A DNA stretch of 63,961 bases, counting the filler, from Octopus bimaculoides (Eukaryota), in assembly GCF_001194135.2 (NCBI RefSeq). It is 4 parts of 4 records of this genome, joined end to end, with 100 filler letters (N's around TTAATTAATTAA, not from the genome) between each part and the next. Parts side by side here need not be neighbours in the genome. Positions count along the whole stretch, not along the records: positions 1 to 28,458 come from NC_069008.1; positions 28,559 to 42,397 come from NC_068996.1; 2 more parts are not named here. The stretch is one strand, 5' to 3'. The translations under genes and the position numbers were made by a program. Positions 20,652 to 32,927 of the stretch are shown here, one piece after another (within the stretch, counting starts at the first letter, position 1; each line of letters starts with the position of its first letter). The notes beneath the pieces are model-generated. The model was not told the DNA's origin. It ran no database searches and was given only the letters and a program-made list of their open reading frames with translations.

Positions 20652-21361
20652 TAAGACTTGTTGGCCCATGGCCTCTTTAAAGTATGGAGGGGGAAATGGA
20701 CTGGATATAAACAATGGGGCTTATCTCACTCTTTTGGTGGTCAACGGCATCTGGTTATATCATCTTCCTTCAGCTACACCACCTGTCAGCTGTGAGGGTA
20801 GGAGGTAAGGGGTTATCTCTCACTCTCATCAGCAATCAATTTCTAGCCATGGTGTAAATATTATCGTTAATAGTGCTATTATTGTTATTATGTAGTTCCC
20901 AAAACACTAATAAGAATTTCCTGAAATGCACACATATTCACTGCGTGACATCTTTGGCAAATGTCTTCTCCTATAGCCTCAGTCTGACTAAAGCCTTGTG
21001 GGTGGCTGTGGTAGACAGAAACTGAAAGAAGCCTGTTGTGAGTGAGTGAGAGAGAGAGAGANNNNNNNNNNAGAGAGAGAGAGAGTTTGAGTCACTTTGT
21101 CTTCATATCACATGATAGTTATAAATGAATGTCATTGTCATACAAACAGGGGCTTTTGACTCCAGTCTTTCATTTTCATGGAAACACATCTGGCCACGAA
21201 GAAATATTACCATACATTCGGATGGAACCAAGTCTTCAGTTAATGCTCCTTGTATACATATTCATTTTGTCAAAACTAAAGCTTCACCCTTTCATTCACA
21301 GTTTACCCATTTTTCTTTTTTATAGATGTTTTGAAGAACAGAAATGAGAGAATATCAAATA

Positions 21362-21750
21362 GGTGCAGGCCTGGCTATGCGGTAAGAATCTTACTTCCTA
21401 ACTACATGGTTCCGGGTTCAGTCCCACTGCGTGGCACCTTGGGAAAGTGTCTTCTGCTATAGCCTCGGGCTGACCAAAGCCTTGTGAATGGATTTGATAG
21501 ATGGAAATTGAAAGAAGTCCATCGTATATATGTGTGTGTGTGTGCGTATTTGTGTGTCTGTGTTTGTCCCCCCACCCTCACTTGACAACCAATGTTGGGT
21601 GTGTTTACATCTCCATAACTTAGCAGTTTGGCATTAGAGACCAATAGAATAAGCACTAAGCTTACAAAGAATAAGTCCGGTGTCAATTTGTTTGACTAAA
21701 GGCGGTGCTCCAGCATGGCCGCAGTCAAAAGTAAAAAAAGAGAGAATAAA
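21362..21750 (+). mobile_element. Abundant tRNA-derived SINE with internal (TA)/(TG) microsatellite
   Basis: Head GGTGCAGGCCTGGCTATGCGGTAAG...GGTTCAGTCCCACTGCG; tail GGCGGTGCTCCAGCATGGCCGCAG; many copies in the window. Confidence 0.9.
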
Positions 21751-22954
21751 GCTCTCTGTTGTGTGCTACATGGTTCCATAATGTTTCCGATGCTGTTGCA
21801 ATCATTGATGCACTATCTAACCGACACCAGGTGTCTCTCTAACACACATACCACACTTTGTTGATTGACGCACTGTCACAAATGTAGTAAGGTTATCAGC
21901 AATAAGATGACAACTGCTTCAGGTTCTCTAGACATCCATCCATCCTAAATAAACAACAGATATCCTTTTGACTTTTAGAAAGAAACAAATGAGATAGAAA
22001 TAGAAGAGAATATGTGGTATGACATCACTGACATAAGAGAATGTATCAATCCAAAGAGACTCTTAAGTACATTAAATTCTTAATTTACTTAAATTAAAAT
22101 TAAAATGGAAAGAGAGATTGAAAGAACCCCCCCTTCACCACCCCCCACCCACCACAAAATAAGGTTAATGAAGTGTTTTGTTTACTGATATTCTTGCAAC
22201 AGGATATGGATCACAAACCATGTTTTAGGAGTAGCTTTCCATCTCTATTGTTTTGAGTTCAATACCATTTAACACTCCTTTGGACAAGTACCTTCTACAA
22301 AAGCTCTGGGCCAATCAAACAGAAGCCTTGTGAGTGGAATTGATAAGTAGCAAATGAGTGTACATGTGTNNNNNNNNNNTGTTTACTGATATTCTTGCAA
22401 CAGGATATGGATCACAAACCATGTTTTAGGAGTAGCTTTCCATCTCTATTGTTTTGAGTTCAATACCATTTAACACTCCTTTGGACAAGTACCTTCTACA
22501 AAAGCTCTGGGCCAATCAAACAGAAGCCTTGTGAGTGGAATTGATAAGTAGCAAATGAGTGTACATGTGTGTGTGCATGTGTGTGTGTGTGTGTGTGTGT
22601 GCAAGTGTGTGTGTGCATGTGTGTGTGTGTCTCCTTGTCTTTATATCATGGGATACTTATAATGAGCGTCACCATCATGCAAAGTCCTTCGTTTCCAATC
22701 TTTTGTGGAAATGTGTATGGCCAAGGTGGAAGTATTATTACCTCCCTTGGAAACAAATGAAGGTCGGTGACAGGAAGGGGATCCAGCTGCAGGAAATCTA
22801 CTTTACTACCATCCGTTGAATCTATGCATTTATGGTTAAGATAATAATGGAAATGATGACACATGCATAATTACATTCTTTTAATTGTTTCAGTCATTTG
22901 ACTGTGGCCATGCTAGAGCACCACGTTGAGTATATATATACATACATATATGTA

Positions 22955-24010
22955 TCTATTATGTAAAATTCACTGTCTGTGTGTTACTTATAGACTCAAA
23001 GACTATTGGACGGATCCTAATGAAATTTGGAAAGCAAAATCCAAGCCTAGGGAGAAGGGTAATGCTGTATCATTGTTTAACGTCCACTTTCCATGCTAGC
23101 ATGGGTTGGATGCTTTGACTGAGGACTGGCGAACCAGATGGCTACACCAGGCTCCAATCTGATCTGGCAGAGTTTCTACAGCTGGATGCCCTTCCTAACG
23201 CCAACCACTCCGAGAGTGTAGTGGGTGATTTTACGTGTCACTGGCATGAAGGCCAGTCAGGCGGTACTGGCAACGGCCACGATGTTTCATACAATTTTAA
23301 GGGGGCATAAAAGGGGACAGAACCCCCAGTGAAAATTCATATGCTTCAGATTTTGATGAAATTTGAACCACTGGTATTAGAATTAAATTAAGAATATGCC
23401 CCAAATTTCCATTTCTTTGGATGATTCTATTACCCCCTAATGAGGGCTTAATCCCCAAATTTTAGTCATTTTTCATGGACCAAAATTACTGAATGGATCC
23501 TTATGATATTTGGAACTTAGATTCAGTGCATAAGGGTGAGTATAATGCAGTTTGTTTGATTTGAATTTGAGTGGGGCTTAAATGGGGCAGACCCCCCCCC
23601 CCCCAAATGAAAATTCATAAATTTCTGATGTTGATGAAATTTCAACCATAGGTAATTGACATAAATCAAGAAGTATTCCCAAAGTGCTAAGACCCTCTAA
23701 TGGGGGTTTAACTCCCAAATTTTAGTAATTTTTTAATGATCCAAAACAAGGTAAAACGTACTGAATGAATCTTTATGAAATTAGGAAATTATATTCTAAG
23801 CATAGGAGCGGATGTAATGCAGTATATGTTAGAAAATGAGGGAGCATAAATGAGGCCACAACCCCCATGAAAATTCAAGTATTTTTGCTGTTGGTGAAAT
23901 TTTAAACGATAGCTATTGGACACAAATGAAGTAATATTCCTAAAATTTCAACTTCTTAGGAGGTTAGTAAAACCCCTTAATGGGGGCTTAGCCCTCACAA
24001 TTTAGTCAAG
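22955..24010 (+). mobile_element. Non-autonomous Helitron-like element with about 260-280-bp internal subrepeats
   Basis: A|TCTATTATGTAAAA 5' end followed by a TCTGTGTG microsatellite; three subrepeats marked by CCC(A)TGAAAATTCA; homologous to 27280-27850 (-). Confidence 0.6.
23069..23280 (-). mobile_element. Short RTE 3'-tail insertion
   Basis: Matches 9840-10020; absent from the homologous Helitron-like copy at 27280-27850. Confidence 0.9.
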
Positions 24011-25129
24011 ACGAATACAGTTGTAGTCTTTCAAGTTACCTGAGGATAGAAGATGTGCGTTATTTGTATTTCATTGGGACAACAGTGTAAGAGTTTGCTT
24101 TCAGATATACTTAAATTGTGATTTCTGCAATGTGGTGCATAAATTGTCAAGTAAAGGAGAGGCAGCTTTGCCTCCACTGATTCAGTTGCATAGTGTTATT
24201 TTGAGTAAAGCTATTTGGTTGCAGATCTCCTTTGAGTCTTTTTATTATCATTGGGTCAGAGATAGTCCCCAGATGGTAACATTGATTTCAAGGCCTTTCC
24301 AGATAAGTGATTGGTCATTTAAAGAGATTTATAGATTGCAAATTTATTCTGTTCAGTTACCTATCAGCATAGTGATCTTTGGCAAACTCCAGTGATGGCA
24401 CTTTCATTTCTCCTTAGCCCTCATGTCACACAATTGTTAATGTTTGAGTTGGGTCATGCCCTTCCAATTGCTGTAGATCCGTAATGCGTCTTACGGCTGT
24501 GCCGGTCACCTGTATGGTGAGAAATCCTACATTGGTGAGTGGTAACAACTAGGGTAGGGTAGCTGACTGCTTATTGTGATCATTCGTCTTTTGGTTTTCT
24601 CTAGAAAAAATGATATTTATGTGATATGAAATTAATTTTTGATAATTTTCACTATGTTATTGTCAGTCCGAATATGCTTGAACTGCGTTTGGTCATGGAA
24701 AATATATCCCATTTGTTGACAAATGGTGTGTATACACCTAGATCAGCACACACCAAGCGAGATATATTGTCAACAAGCCAGATATATTCTCCGTGACAAA
24801 GTGCACTGAATAGCTTGTTCCCCAGTTCGAACTAGCATCAAACATATCTGCATTGACAATAATATTACACTCATTATACTCTGCTTTAAGCATCCTATAT
24901 AATCAGGGATAACTTTTTTTTTTATTTTGGGGAACTTTCAGAAAAATTTTGTGTTGATTTATTTAAAAAAAAAGAACCCAAAACAAACCCAATAATTTGA
25001 AGTCCCAAAAATTTTATTCTTTTTCTTTACAGTTTAAAGAAATTAATAATACTCCTGTCTACAAACATTTAGAAAAGTCTAATCAACACTGATTGTTTAC
25101 AAAAGATTTCAAGAATAAAAGGAAAGTTA

Positions 25130-25330
25130 CCATTTGTCAAGAACATCCAATTCGTTCCATCCACTGCCATGTTGGTTCTTCCCTATTGGAGTATTTCATT
25201 CCTTGTTTTACCTCATTTCCTTTGTAAGTTCTCTTATTTATTTATTTCTGCAATCATTATGTATGGCTGTGTATAATGAAGAGGTTTGTTTTCAGGTCAG
25301 TTTCTACTGTATGGTACCTTGGATTAGGGG
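25130..25330 (-). mobile_element. Possible decayed Dong N-terminal fragment
   Basis: TDLKTNL...YTA...EEPTWQ pattern resembles DITDLNHLYYASA...KKPSWQ at 62563-62857. Confidence 0.3.
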
Positions 25331-25464
25331 CTTGTGCAACAGCCTCAGGTCAGCTAAAGTCTAAAGAGTGGAACTGGATAGCTGGGGATTCTGTGGTAGC
25401 TTGTTGTAGAGTTCATTTCTGTTCCTGTTCTTGGGCGGTTGACTTTATCTGTCACTTGGTTTAA

Positions 25465-25675
25465 TCTTTTTTGATCCCAAACCGCATAATAACGTCACTC
25501 CTGGTTGAATTATAGACATTCCCTGTTTTAAAATGATCTGAAGTAAAACCTTCCTTCAAAATCTCATGTCATGTTCCAAACATTAGCTTCATAATGACAA
25601 AGTTATTTCAATGAATTCTTCACAACTTCCAAAATTAATGGCAGTGCATTTCAACAGAAATATGGTAGCTAAAAG
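25465..25675. mobile_element. TTAA-flanked MITE
   Basis: TTAA at both ends; ends resemble 26337-26547 in opposite orientation. Confidence 0.6.
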
Positions 25676-26336
25676 TTAAATGCTACTGCAGTCATTTGAA
25701 CTTGGTCTTCCCATTTAAAGGGAGCTTGTTTGCACCATTCTTTGTGAGGTTCTATGATGACAGAACATTCTTCACCCTACCCCAACAAAAAAAAGTGTTT
25801 TCTGCCAAAATTACGATTCTTACTCTAAACATAATTACTTTATTGAACTAAAATCAGTTTAATTTCATAATAATAACCAATATCATACTGTTTCTTTATT
25901 ATTATTTAACCTTTGTGAAGGCTCAAGATGTTGGGTTCACAAACATAGGTTCATGGGTTCAATTCTTAGACAGGGCGATGCATTGCATCTTTGAACAAGG
26001 GGATTCTTTTCATGTCACACCTGAAAATAAGTACCTTTTTTTTTTCAGCTGCCCTCCTTCCTCCAGCTGTTAAATTCTTGATGTTACACTGTATTAAGGG
26101 CAGGAGATCTCAGAGGATGTCTATGTTTATCTGTGACTACATAGCAACCTAAAACAAATAGAAAATAACCTGGTACGTTACCAGGTCATATTCATTTGCC
26201 AACGACAGCTTTGCTTTATTTCCATATTATAACGAAATTCCATAATCTAATCATAATCTGTGATAATCAAGTCTTGACTTCATTACACATATAAGGATTA
26301 TAAGGATATGTGTAGCTAATTACTAAGTCAATTTAA

Positions 26337-26547
26337 CCCTTTCATTACCATATTTATTTAGAGATGCTCTGTGTTTCTTTCAATTAATTTTAAATATAAC
26401 AAAGTATTTAGTAAAATAACTTAGTTATCATTCAGTTAGTGTTAGGAACATAAATTGTGACTAAGGTTTGGTGGAAGATTTTAATTCAAAACTTATGTAA
26501 ACAAGACGTTTGTACTACAGCGCCAGTTTCAGCTGGGTTGGAAAAGG
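26337..26547. mobile_element. TTAA-flanked MITE (piggyBac-like)
   Basis: TTAA|CCCTTTCATTACC ... GGGTTGGAAAAGG|TTAA. Confidence 0.7.
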
Positions 26548-27080
26548 TTAAAGTGTTTAGGTTGGTGAACGGCATGGTGATGTGATTGAGAAGCTTGTTT
26601 TGCAAGGACATGATTTTGAGTTCAATTCCACAGGGCAGTACTTTGGACAGATGTTTTCTCTCAGTGTCTTGGTTGGAACAATATCTTGCAGAAAAAATTT
26701 TCTAGAGAGAAGCTAAGTAGATGCCCATCAGAGGGAACCTTTTCATTCCTGAACGGAAGACTTAATCCTTCCCTCACTTTAATGTTGTCTCCTGGTCTTT
26801 GGATGCTTCTAACAGAGTCCACTCTATTGCAAGCAAGCACCACCACCTGGTCCTTGGGTACCTTCAGTAGAGTCTGCTCCATTACAAGCATTTTGGACCA
26901 GGGGTCTAGTCTGAAGATAGTATTTTGCTCCTACCAGTCTTAATGGCTCTGAAACATAGAAAACCATTCACCACCCAAAATATAAATAATCAAATAAATA
27001 AAACAAATAAATCATAAATGAATAAATGAAAAAATGAAATATGTTTGTATTTCTTGCTTCTCTCTTTCTTTTTCTTTTAG

Positions 27081-27195
27081 ATTATATATATAAAGATGAG
27101 AATGTGCGTGTGTGTGTCTGTCTGTGTGAATCCCTAAAACTTGAGAACTACACAACCATTTTCATTAAAATTTTACACATGCCTTACTTAGGGCA
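27081..27195 (+). mobile_element. 5' end of a second Helitron-like family
   Basis: ATTATATATATAAAGATGAGAATGTG(TG)n TCTGTCTG...CATTAAAATTTTAC, a typical non-autonomous Helitron start. Confidence 0.45.
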
Positions 27196-27279
27196 TACAC
27201 ATATATAGATAAAATGAGTAAATTGTGGCTGTTAAGTCTCCATGAAGAGGTCTTTGTAACTTCTAAGAAGATGAAATTT

Positions 27280-27850
27280 TAGAAATATTTCTTCATTTGT
27301 GTCTAATATTTATGGTTAAGATTTCATCAACAGAAAAAATATATGAATTTTCATGGGGGTTCTGGTCCATATGCATAGAATATAATTTCCAAATTTCATA
27401 AAGATCCATTCAGTACTTTTGACCTAGTTTTGGATCATTAAAAATGACTAAAATTTTGGAGTTAAGACCCCCATTAGGGAGTCTTAGAATCCTCATGAGA
27501 AGTGGAAACTTTGAGAATACTTCTTGATGTGTGTCAATTACCTATGGTTGAAATTTCATCAACATTGAAAATTTATGAATTTTCATGGGGGTTCTGCCCC
27601 TTTAAGCCATCTCAAATTAAAACCAAACATATTCCATTATACCTGCCCTTATGTATCGAATGTAAGTTCCAAATATCATAAGGATCCATTCATTAATTTT
27701 AGTCCATGAAATTGCATGAAACACACAGCATTACCCTTCTCCCTAGGCTTGGATTTTGTGTTCCAAATTTCATTAGGATCAGTGCAATAGTTTTTGAATG
27801 TATAAGTAACACATGAACACACATAAAGACATTGACTTTTATATATATTG
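27280..27850 (-). mobile_element. Helitron-like element, second copy
   Basis: Reverse complement matches 22960-23900 but lacks the RTE insert and about 180 bp of the first subrepeat. Confidence 0.7.
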
Positions 27851-29494
27851 TTAAACCGTGATGAGCGGTTATTTTCATTTCTTTAACATTGTAAGTTTGT
27901 GGATCCTTTGTAAATTTGTATATTTGACTTGCTAAAAGTATTGATTCAAACATTGTATTGAAGTATATATGTATTATGATTTTTATTTTTTCGCAAAATT
28001 GACAATTTTTCTGGTGAAGGGCTCATGTAGCAACTCATAAAAGGCAGCAATATGACGTAATGGTCGTTTGCCCGAACAAGCATAATATTTGGTATCCTAT
28101 TGGTTAAAATTACTGCCCATATTTGGATTCTAAACTTTCGTCAAAGAGAATTCTTTCACGAAATACGGTTCTTAGAATTCAGGTATGAGCAGTTATGAAA
28201 ACCCTGATTTTGGGGAAATTAATCAGTGTTCGTAGGATGTTACTAAACTCCATGACACTCACTCCTTGAGATATTGGCTATTTTTTATGCCATGTCTATG
28301 ATAAAAATCCAACAAGACTTATTTGAATTGTTGTGAACTCTAGCAGTTAGTATGAAGGATTTGCTAGTGTGAATTTTAAGTCGTAATTCTATACGACAAA
28401 ATGACTTTTACTTTCCAATTGTACTATAAATGTTAAATGTACATAAACTAATGTAGTANNNNNNNNNNNNNNNNNNNNNNNNNNNNNNNNNNNNNNNNNN
28501 NNTTAATTAATTAANNNNNNNNNNNNNNNNNNNNNNNNNNNNNNNNNNNNNNNNNNNNTATATACACACACACGCACACACACATATATATATATATATA
28601 TATGTATATGTGCGTATGTGCATGTATGCATGTATGTGTGTGTATATATATATATATGCGCGAGTGAGTAGACAAACGAAAGAAGGGCACTCAGCACATT
28701 TTTATTGGGAGTTATAGGTATAGATGAAAGCAGTTTGTACGCTGAGTTTAAAGCAAGTGCATAGTCTTCGGCCATTGGAGTCTGAATGAGAATTTGACTG
28801 AAGAGAGTCAATGTTTATTACTGGACGTTAGCCTGCGATTGGTCGAGAAAAGTCATGCGGTATTGATGTTGGTAAATTTAGCGACAGCAGTTAGATGGGA
28901 AAATACTGCATGGTGAATAGGAAAATCGACTGCGTGATGCACCTATGTATAATATGCACATACAATCAAACTCATATGCAAACGTCACGCAACACTTTAT
29001 CACCATTCTTAAACATACATATATACATAAACACACACACACATAGGCACTTGCATATATGCTCATATAAGCATGTTTTATATACATTTATATCTATCTT
29101 GATATATTAATAGATAAACAGATAGAAAAAAAATTTCACTATGGAACCATTAATTATGCGAATTCCACGTTAAAATATAGCTATAAGAGGAAGATTGGTT
29201 TCAGTCTTCTTAGCATTCTACGATCAGATAAAGTGGCAGGTGGTAATTTCCATTCTTATTCTAAAGACAGTAAGTGATCTTACGTTTCAAGTGAAATGGC
29301 TCTCATTGAGATTCGTGGCTATACTATTTAAAACTAATTAAAATTATGTAAGTAATGGAAAAAGATTTAATCTATAATTCACATCTAAATCTGTGTGTGC
29401 ATTTCACTACATTAAACAAACTCCTCTCTTTCTCTCTCTGTATGTATGTATTGGTATGTGTATCTATATATTACATATACAGTTATAAATGCAG

Positions 29495-29529
<35 letters not shown>

Positions 29530-29560
29530 TGTGTGTGATTTTGTGTGTATTTAGATATTG

Positions 29561-29773
29561 GGTACAAATTTTGGCACAAGGCCAGCAATTTCCGGGGTGG
29601 TTGTTAAGTCGATTATATCGACCCCAGTGTTTGACTGGTACTTATTTTACCTGCTCCGAAATGATGAAAGGTAAAATCGACCTTGGCGGAATTTGAACTC
29701 AAAACCTAAAGACAGACGAAATGCCGCTACACATTTTACCCGGCGTGTTATCGATTCTGCCAGCTCCCAGCCT
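29561..29773 (-). mobile_element. Meta/MESC-domain-type tRNA SINE
   Basis: Minus strand GGCTGGGAGCTGGCAGAATCG...GAGTTCAAATTCCGCCAAGGTCGATTTTACCTTTCATC...AATAAGTACCAG. Confidence 0.8.
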
Positions 29774-32184
29774 TTATGTGTACTTTAAGTATTACAATGT
29801 CATATTGCGAACTCAGAGATTTACCATCACCAGATCATCATCAACTTCTAAATTTCATGAAACATCAATATGATCCTTTTGTTTCTTCAACAGTATTTTC
29901 ATCCTCCACTACACAAAATAAATCATATCTTGAAACACATAATCATCAACAGTCAAAGATGTGAAGGAACTTATACTGTTTCCAATATTTGGCCAAAATG
30001 GCTTCGATTAATAAAATTGCAATAAAACAAAAGACATGGCGCTTTCACCGCAGGCAACGGGGCAGTCGCTTCGTCCGCCGGATTGAGCGCGCATGTGTTA
30101 GGCGCCAACAGATTTCTCTCAACGTCACTCGAATTCTTCGGGTTCTTGGAGGTTTTAGAATTATTTGTTGCTATGGTTATTATGAGCTGTGCTGCTGGTG
30201 TTTGTTTCTGGCTGAATTCTAAGTATACCATATTTTGTATTTAGGGTCCAAATATCTATATGGTATCGTTTCTGTTCTTAGTTAAACCGCTAATACGTCT
30301 AAGAGTGAAAGTAGATTTCAATATCCGCAGTTCCCATATCTAAAATAAAAATAAAAACAAAAAAAGACAGAAAAAAAACAACAAAAAATACGAACAATCT
30401 CAGCTTTCACGTCTCTGTAGGTAAATATCATTATTTGTTTATTTTATTTACATTATTTATTAGTTGCATTTAGCGTTTATGTCTTTTGTGTGTACGGATA
30501 ATTTACAGCAAAATATTATCAAGTAGGCGAATACAGAACCGTAGCAACGTTACAACATTGACACAAGACGTATCTTGACATTTCATTTCCCACTTGTGAG
30601 ATCTCTCTTTAAGGATATGTTGTAGCGAAACAAAAGGACACAGTGACATTTTCTTCCCTCCTTCTTTCTGGAAAGTACAAATGTAATAAGGGGGACAACC
30701 CCCCCTCCCCCCACCGAACGAGACAAATGATTTCCTCTTAACATCTCTTTAGAATCTTGCTTTCTTATCATTTTAAAAAATTCTTTCTTCCTTTTTCTTT
30801 TCGGTTTGTGTTGTTTTCTTGTGGACCTGCCTTTGTAGTAGGTTGGTTTAATAGCAATTTAACCAAGCAGAACATTTTGCAGAGACATGAATAATTTGAA
30901 AAGCTAACAAACTAACAAACACAGTTTTAAAAATAAAGACAGAGACTAGATAGAATTAAAGAATAGATAGATAAAAATCCAGGAAAAAAAGAGGGATAGA
31001 GGAACAAGAGTTGAAACAGAAAGATAGCAAGAACAATCAGAAGATATAGAGCTGTGAAGAAATAAAGGGAGGTGAACGTATGAGTGGTGGAAAACACATT
31101 TCTTTACAAAAATTTTCTATCTTGTCTTGAAAACTTGTGGCTGAAGAATGGTGCTCGTTAGAGGAGTTTCCATGTACATAAAAGGAAATGTAAGCAATAT
31201 AATAGATCCAATACAGAAATCGGATGTTAGTTTATACAGTTGGATAAAAATTTAAAATATATATAACAGAATGACTCACGATTACAAAATATATATCATA
31301 ATAATAATGATGATACTGAAGTAAAAATCAATGTACTTTGCTAATAAATAAAGAAAAAGAACTCGAGATTTCGGACAGTATGTCATTTATCAAGATAAAT
31401 GGAAGGAGAAGAAAGAGAAATTGTCTTTAATGTGGAGTAAGTGAGGAAAAAATGTGTAAGCAAAATCAGGGATTTTCAAAGCAAAAGAATGGACAAAATG
31501 ATGGGCTAATGTCGGAGAAAACTCGTAAATTGTGTTTGCATGTTTGTGCTTGTTTGTATGAATGCGTGCGTATCTCTATGTGTCATGTGTGTTGCAATTT
31601 GTGCATTGATGCGTGTCTGTGTTTATGTAATGCGTGAATTTGAGGTTGTTACCCAGTTCAGTGTGCAATGAAGATTGCATGTGGGTGTGTTTGTGTGCTT
31701 GGATTTATGTGAATGTACATTTGAATATTTAAGAGATGATTATGATTACGTTGTGATTGTGTGTGTGTCTGTATGTGTGTATGTGTTTGCGTGTATCTAT
31801 CTTTGTATGTGAGTATGTCTGTAAGTTCGAAGTTTCGTAGAGACTTTAAATGAAGATTAGTTTGATTCTGCGTGTATGTGTGGAAGTAGAGAATGAAGTA
31901 TTTTCAGATCTGTGTATATGTATGTAAATTATATGTGTGAACTTTTAAAAGTGTGAGTGGTGACGAGTAGGATTGAGAAAATCAAATTTGGTTATTATTC
32001 TCATGCAGTGTTGTTGTGTTCATTCACACCGAGCAATAATTGTAGTTCACAATTACACCTGAGCAGGGAGGAACCATAGTCTTGTATTAAAAAGGAGAAA
32101 GAGAAATGCAAGTAAAAAAACAAAACAAGAATGGTTTATCAGACCAGATAAAACTAGGCGCGGACAAGCCAAATGTACTTTCAC

Positions 32185-32585
32185 TTTCACTTTTAATCTT
32201 GCTTCAGTCATTAGAGTGCGGTCATGCAGAGCACCGTCTTGTAGGGTTTTAGTCGAACAAACCGACTACAGGAGTGATTATTTTAAAGCTTGGTACTTAC
32301 TATATCGATCATTTTGTCGAATCGCTAAGTTACGAGGACATAAACATACCTACACCGGTTGCCGAGTGGTGGTGGGGCACAGAGACATAAAAACACGCAC
32401 ACATAGATATATACATGTACATATATACAACGGTTTCTTTCAGTTTCTGTCTACCAAATCCACTTACAAGGCTTTGGTCGGTCCGAATTCATAGTAGAAG
32501 ACGCTTGCTCAAGGTGCCACGTAGTGGGACTGAACAAGGAACCATGTGGTTAAGAAACAAGCTTCTTACCTCACAACCACCCCTA
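32185..32585 (-). mobile_element. Abundant microsatellite-containing SINE
   Basis: Reverse-complement match to 21362-21750. Confidence 0.85.
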
Positions 32586-32811
32586 CATACTAAAGAATAT
32601 TTATTGGACATGCGATGAAATTGTGCAGAAGGGGGAGGGGGAGCCTGTCTCACTCAATTCCATTCTTTGTGCTCCCTGCTGCGTTATACAACGCCAAAGT
32701 ACTCTTCTTTGACGTCTTACTCGTGAACAACCACTAATCGTACATTTCAGCATAACTGCTTCGTTTCGTGTCAACAACCGAATGATGACCTCTATTGCAT
32801 CCCATACTCAC

Positions 32812-32927
32812 GTTAGCTGCATCTATTACTTTTATGATAAAATCCGTGCCAGCTATAACAATCCTATCCTTCTCTTGGTATAGTTTAATCTGGAGTATGT
32901 TATCTAATATGCCCTTCCATTTTAACG
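32812..32927 (-). CDS. Candidate coding exon, possibly M13 (neprilysin/ECE-like) peptidase
   Basis: CTGCAG acceptor and GTGAGT donor; xLKWKGILDNILQIKLYQEKDRIVIAGTDFIIKVIDAAN. The family assignment is a recalled pattern resemblance only. Confidence 0.35.

Noticed and set aside
22179-22570. Exact 191-bp direct duplication
   Set aside because: The two identical copies flank a 10-N gap; this is the typical unmerged contig overlap artefact.
24010-24470. Penelope N-terminal ORF remnant (LIWKGLEIN)
   Set aside because: A single short motif among many stops is too weak to annotate.
26661-26943. Overlapping 76/85-aa ORFs as a LINE or host exon
   Set aside because: Only a vague TPGP motif; no convincing family match or splice pair.
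28503-28514. TTAATTAATTAA between N runs (also 42442-42453 and 62902-62913)
   Set aside because: The identical 12-mer has stops in all six frames and is always embedded in Ns, so it is an artificial scaffold linker.
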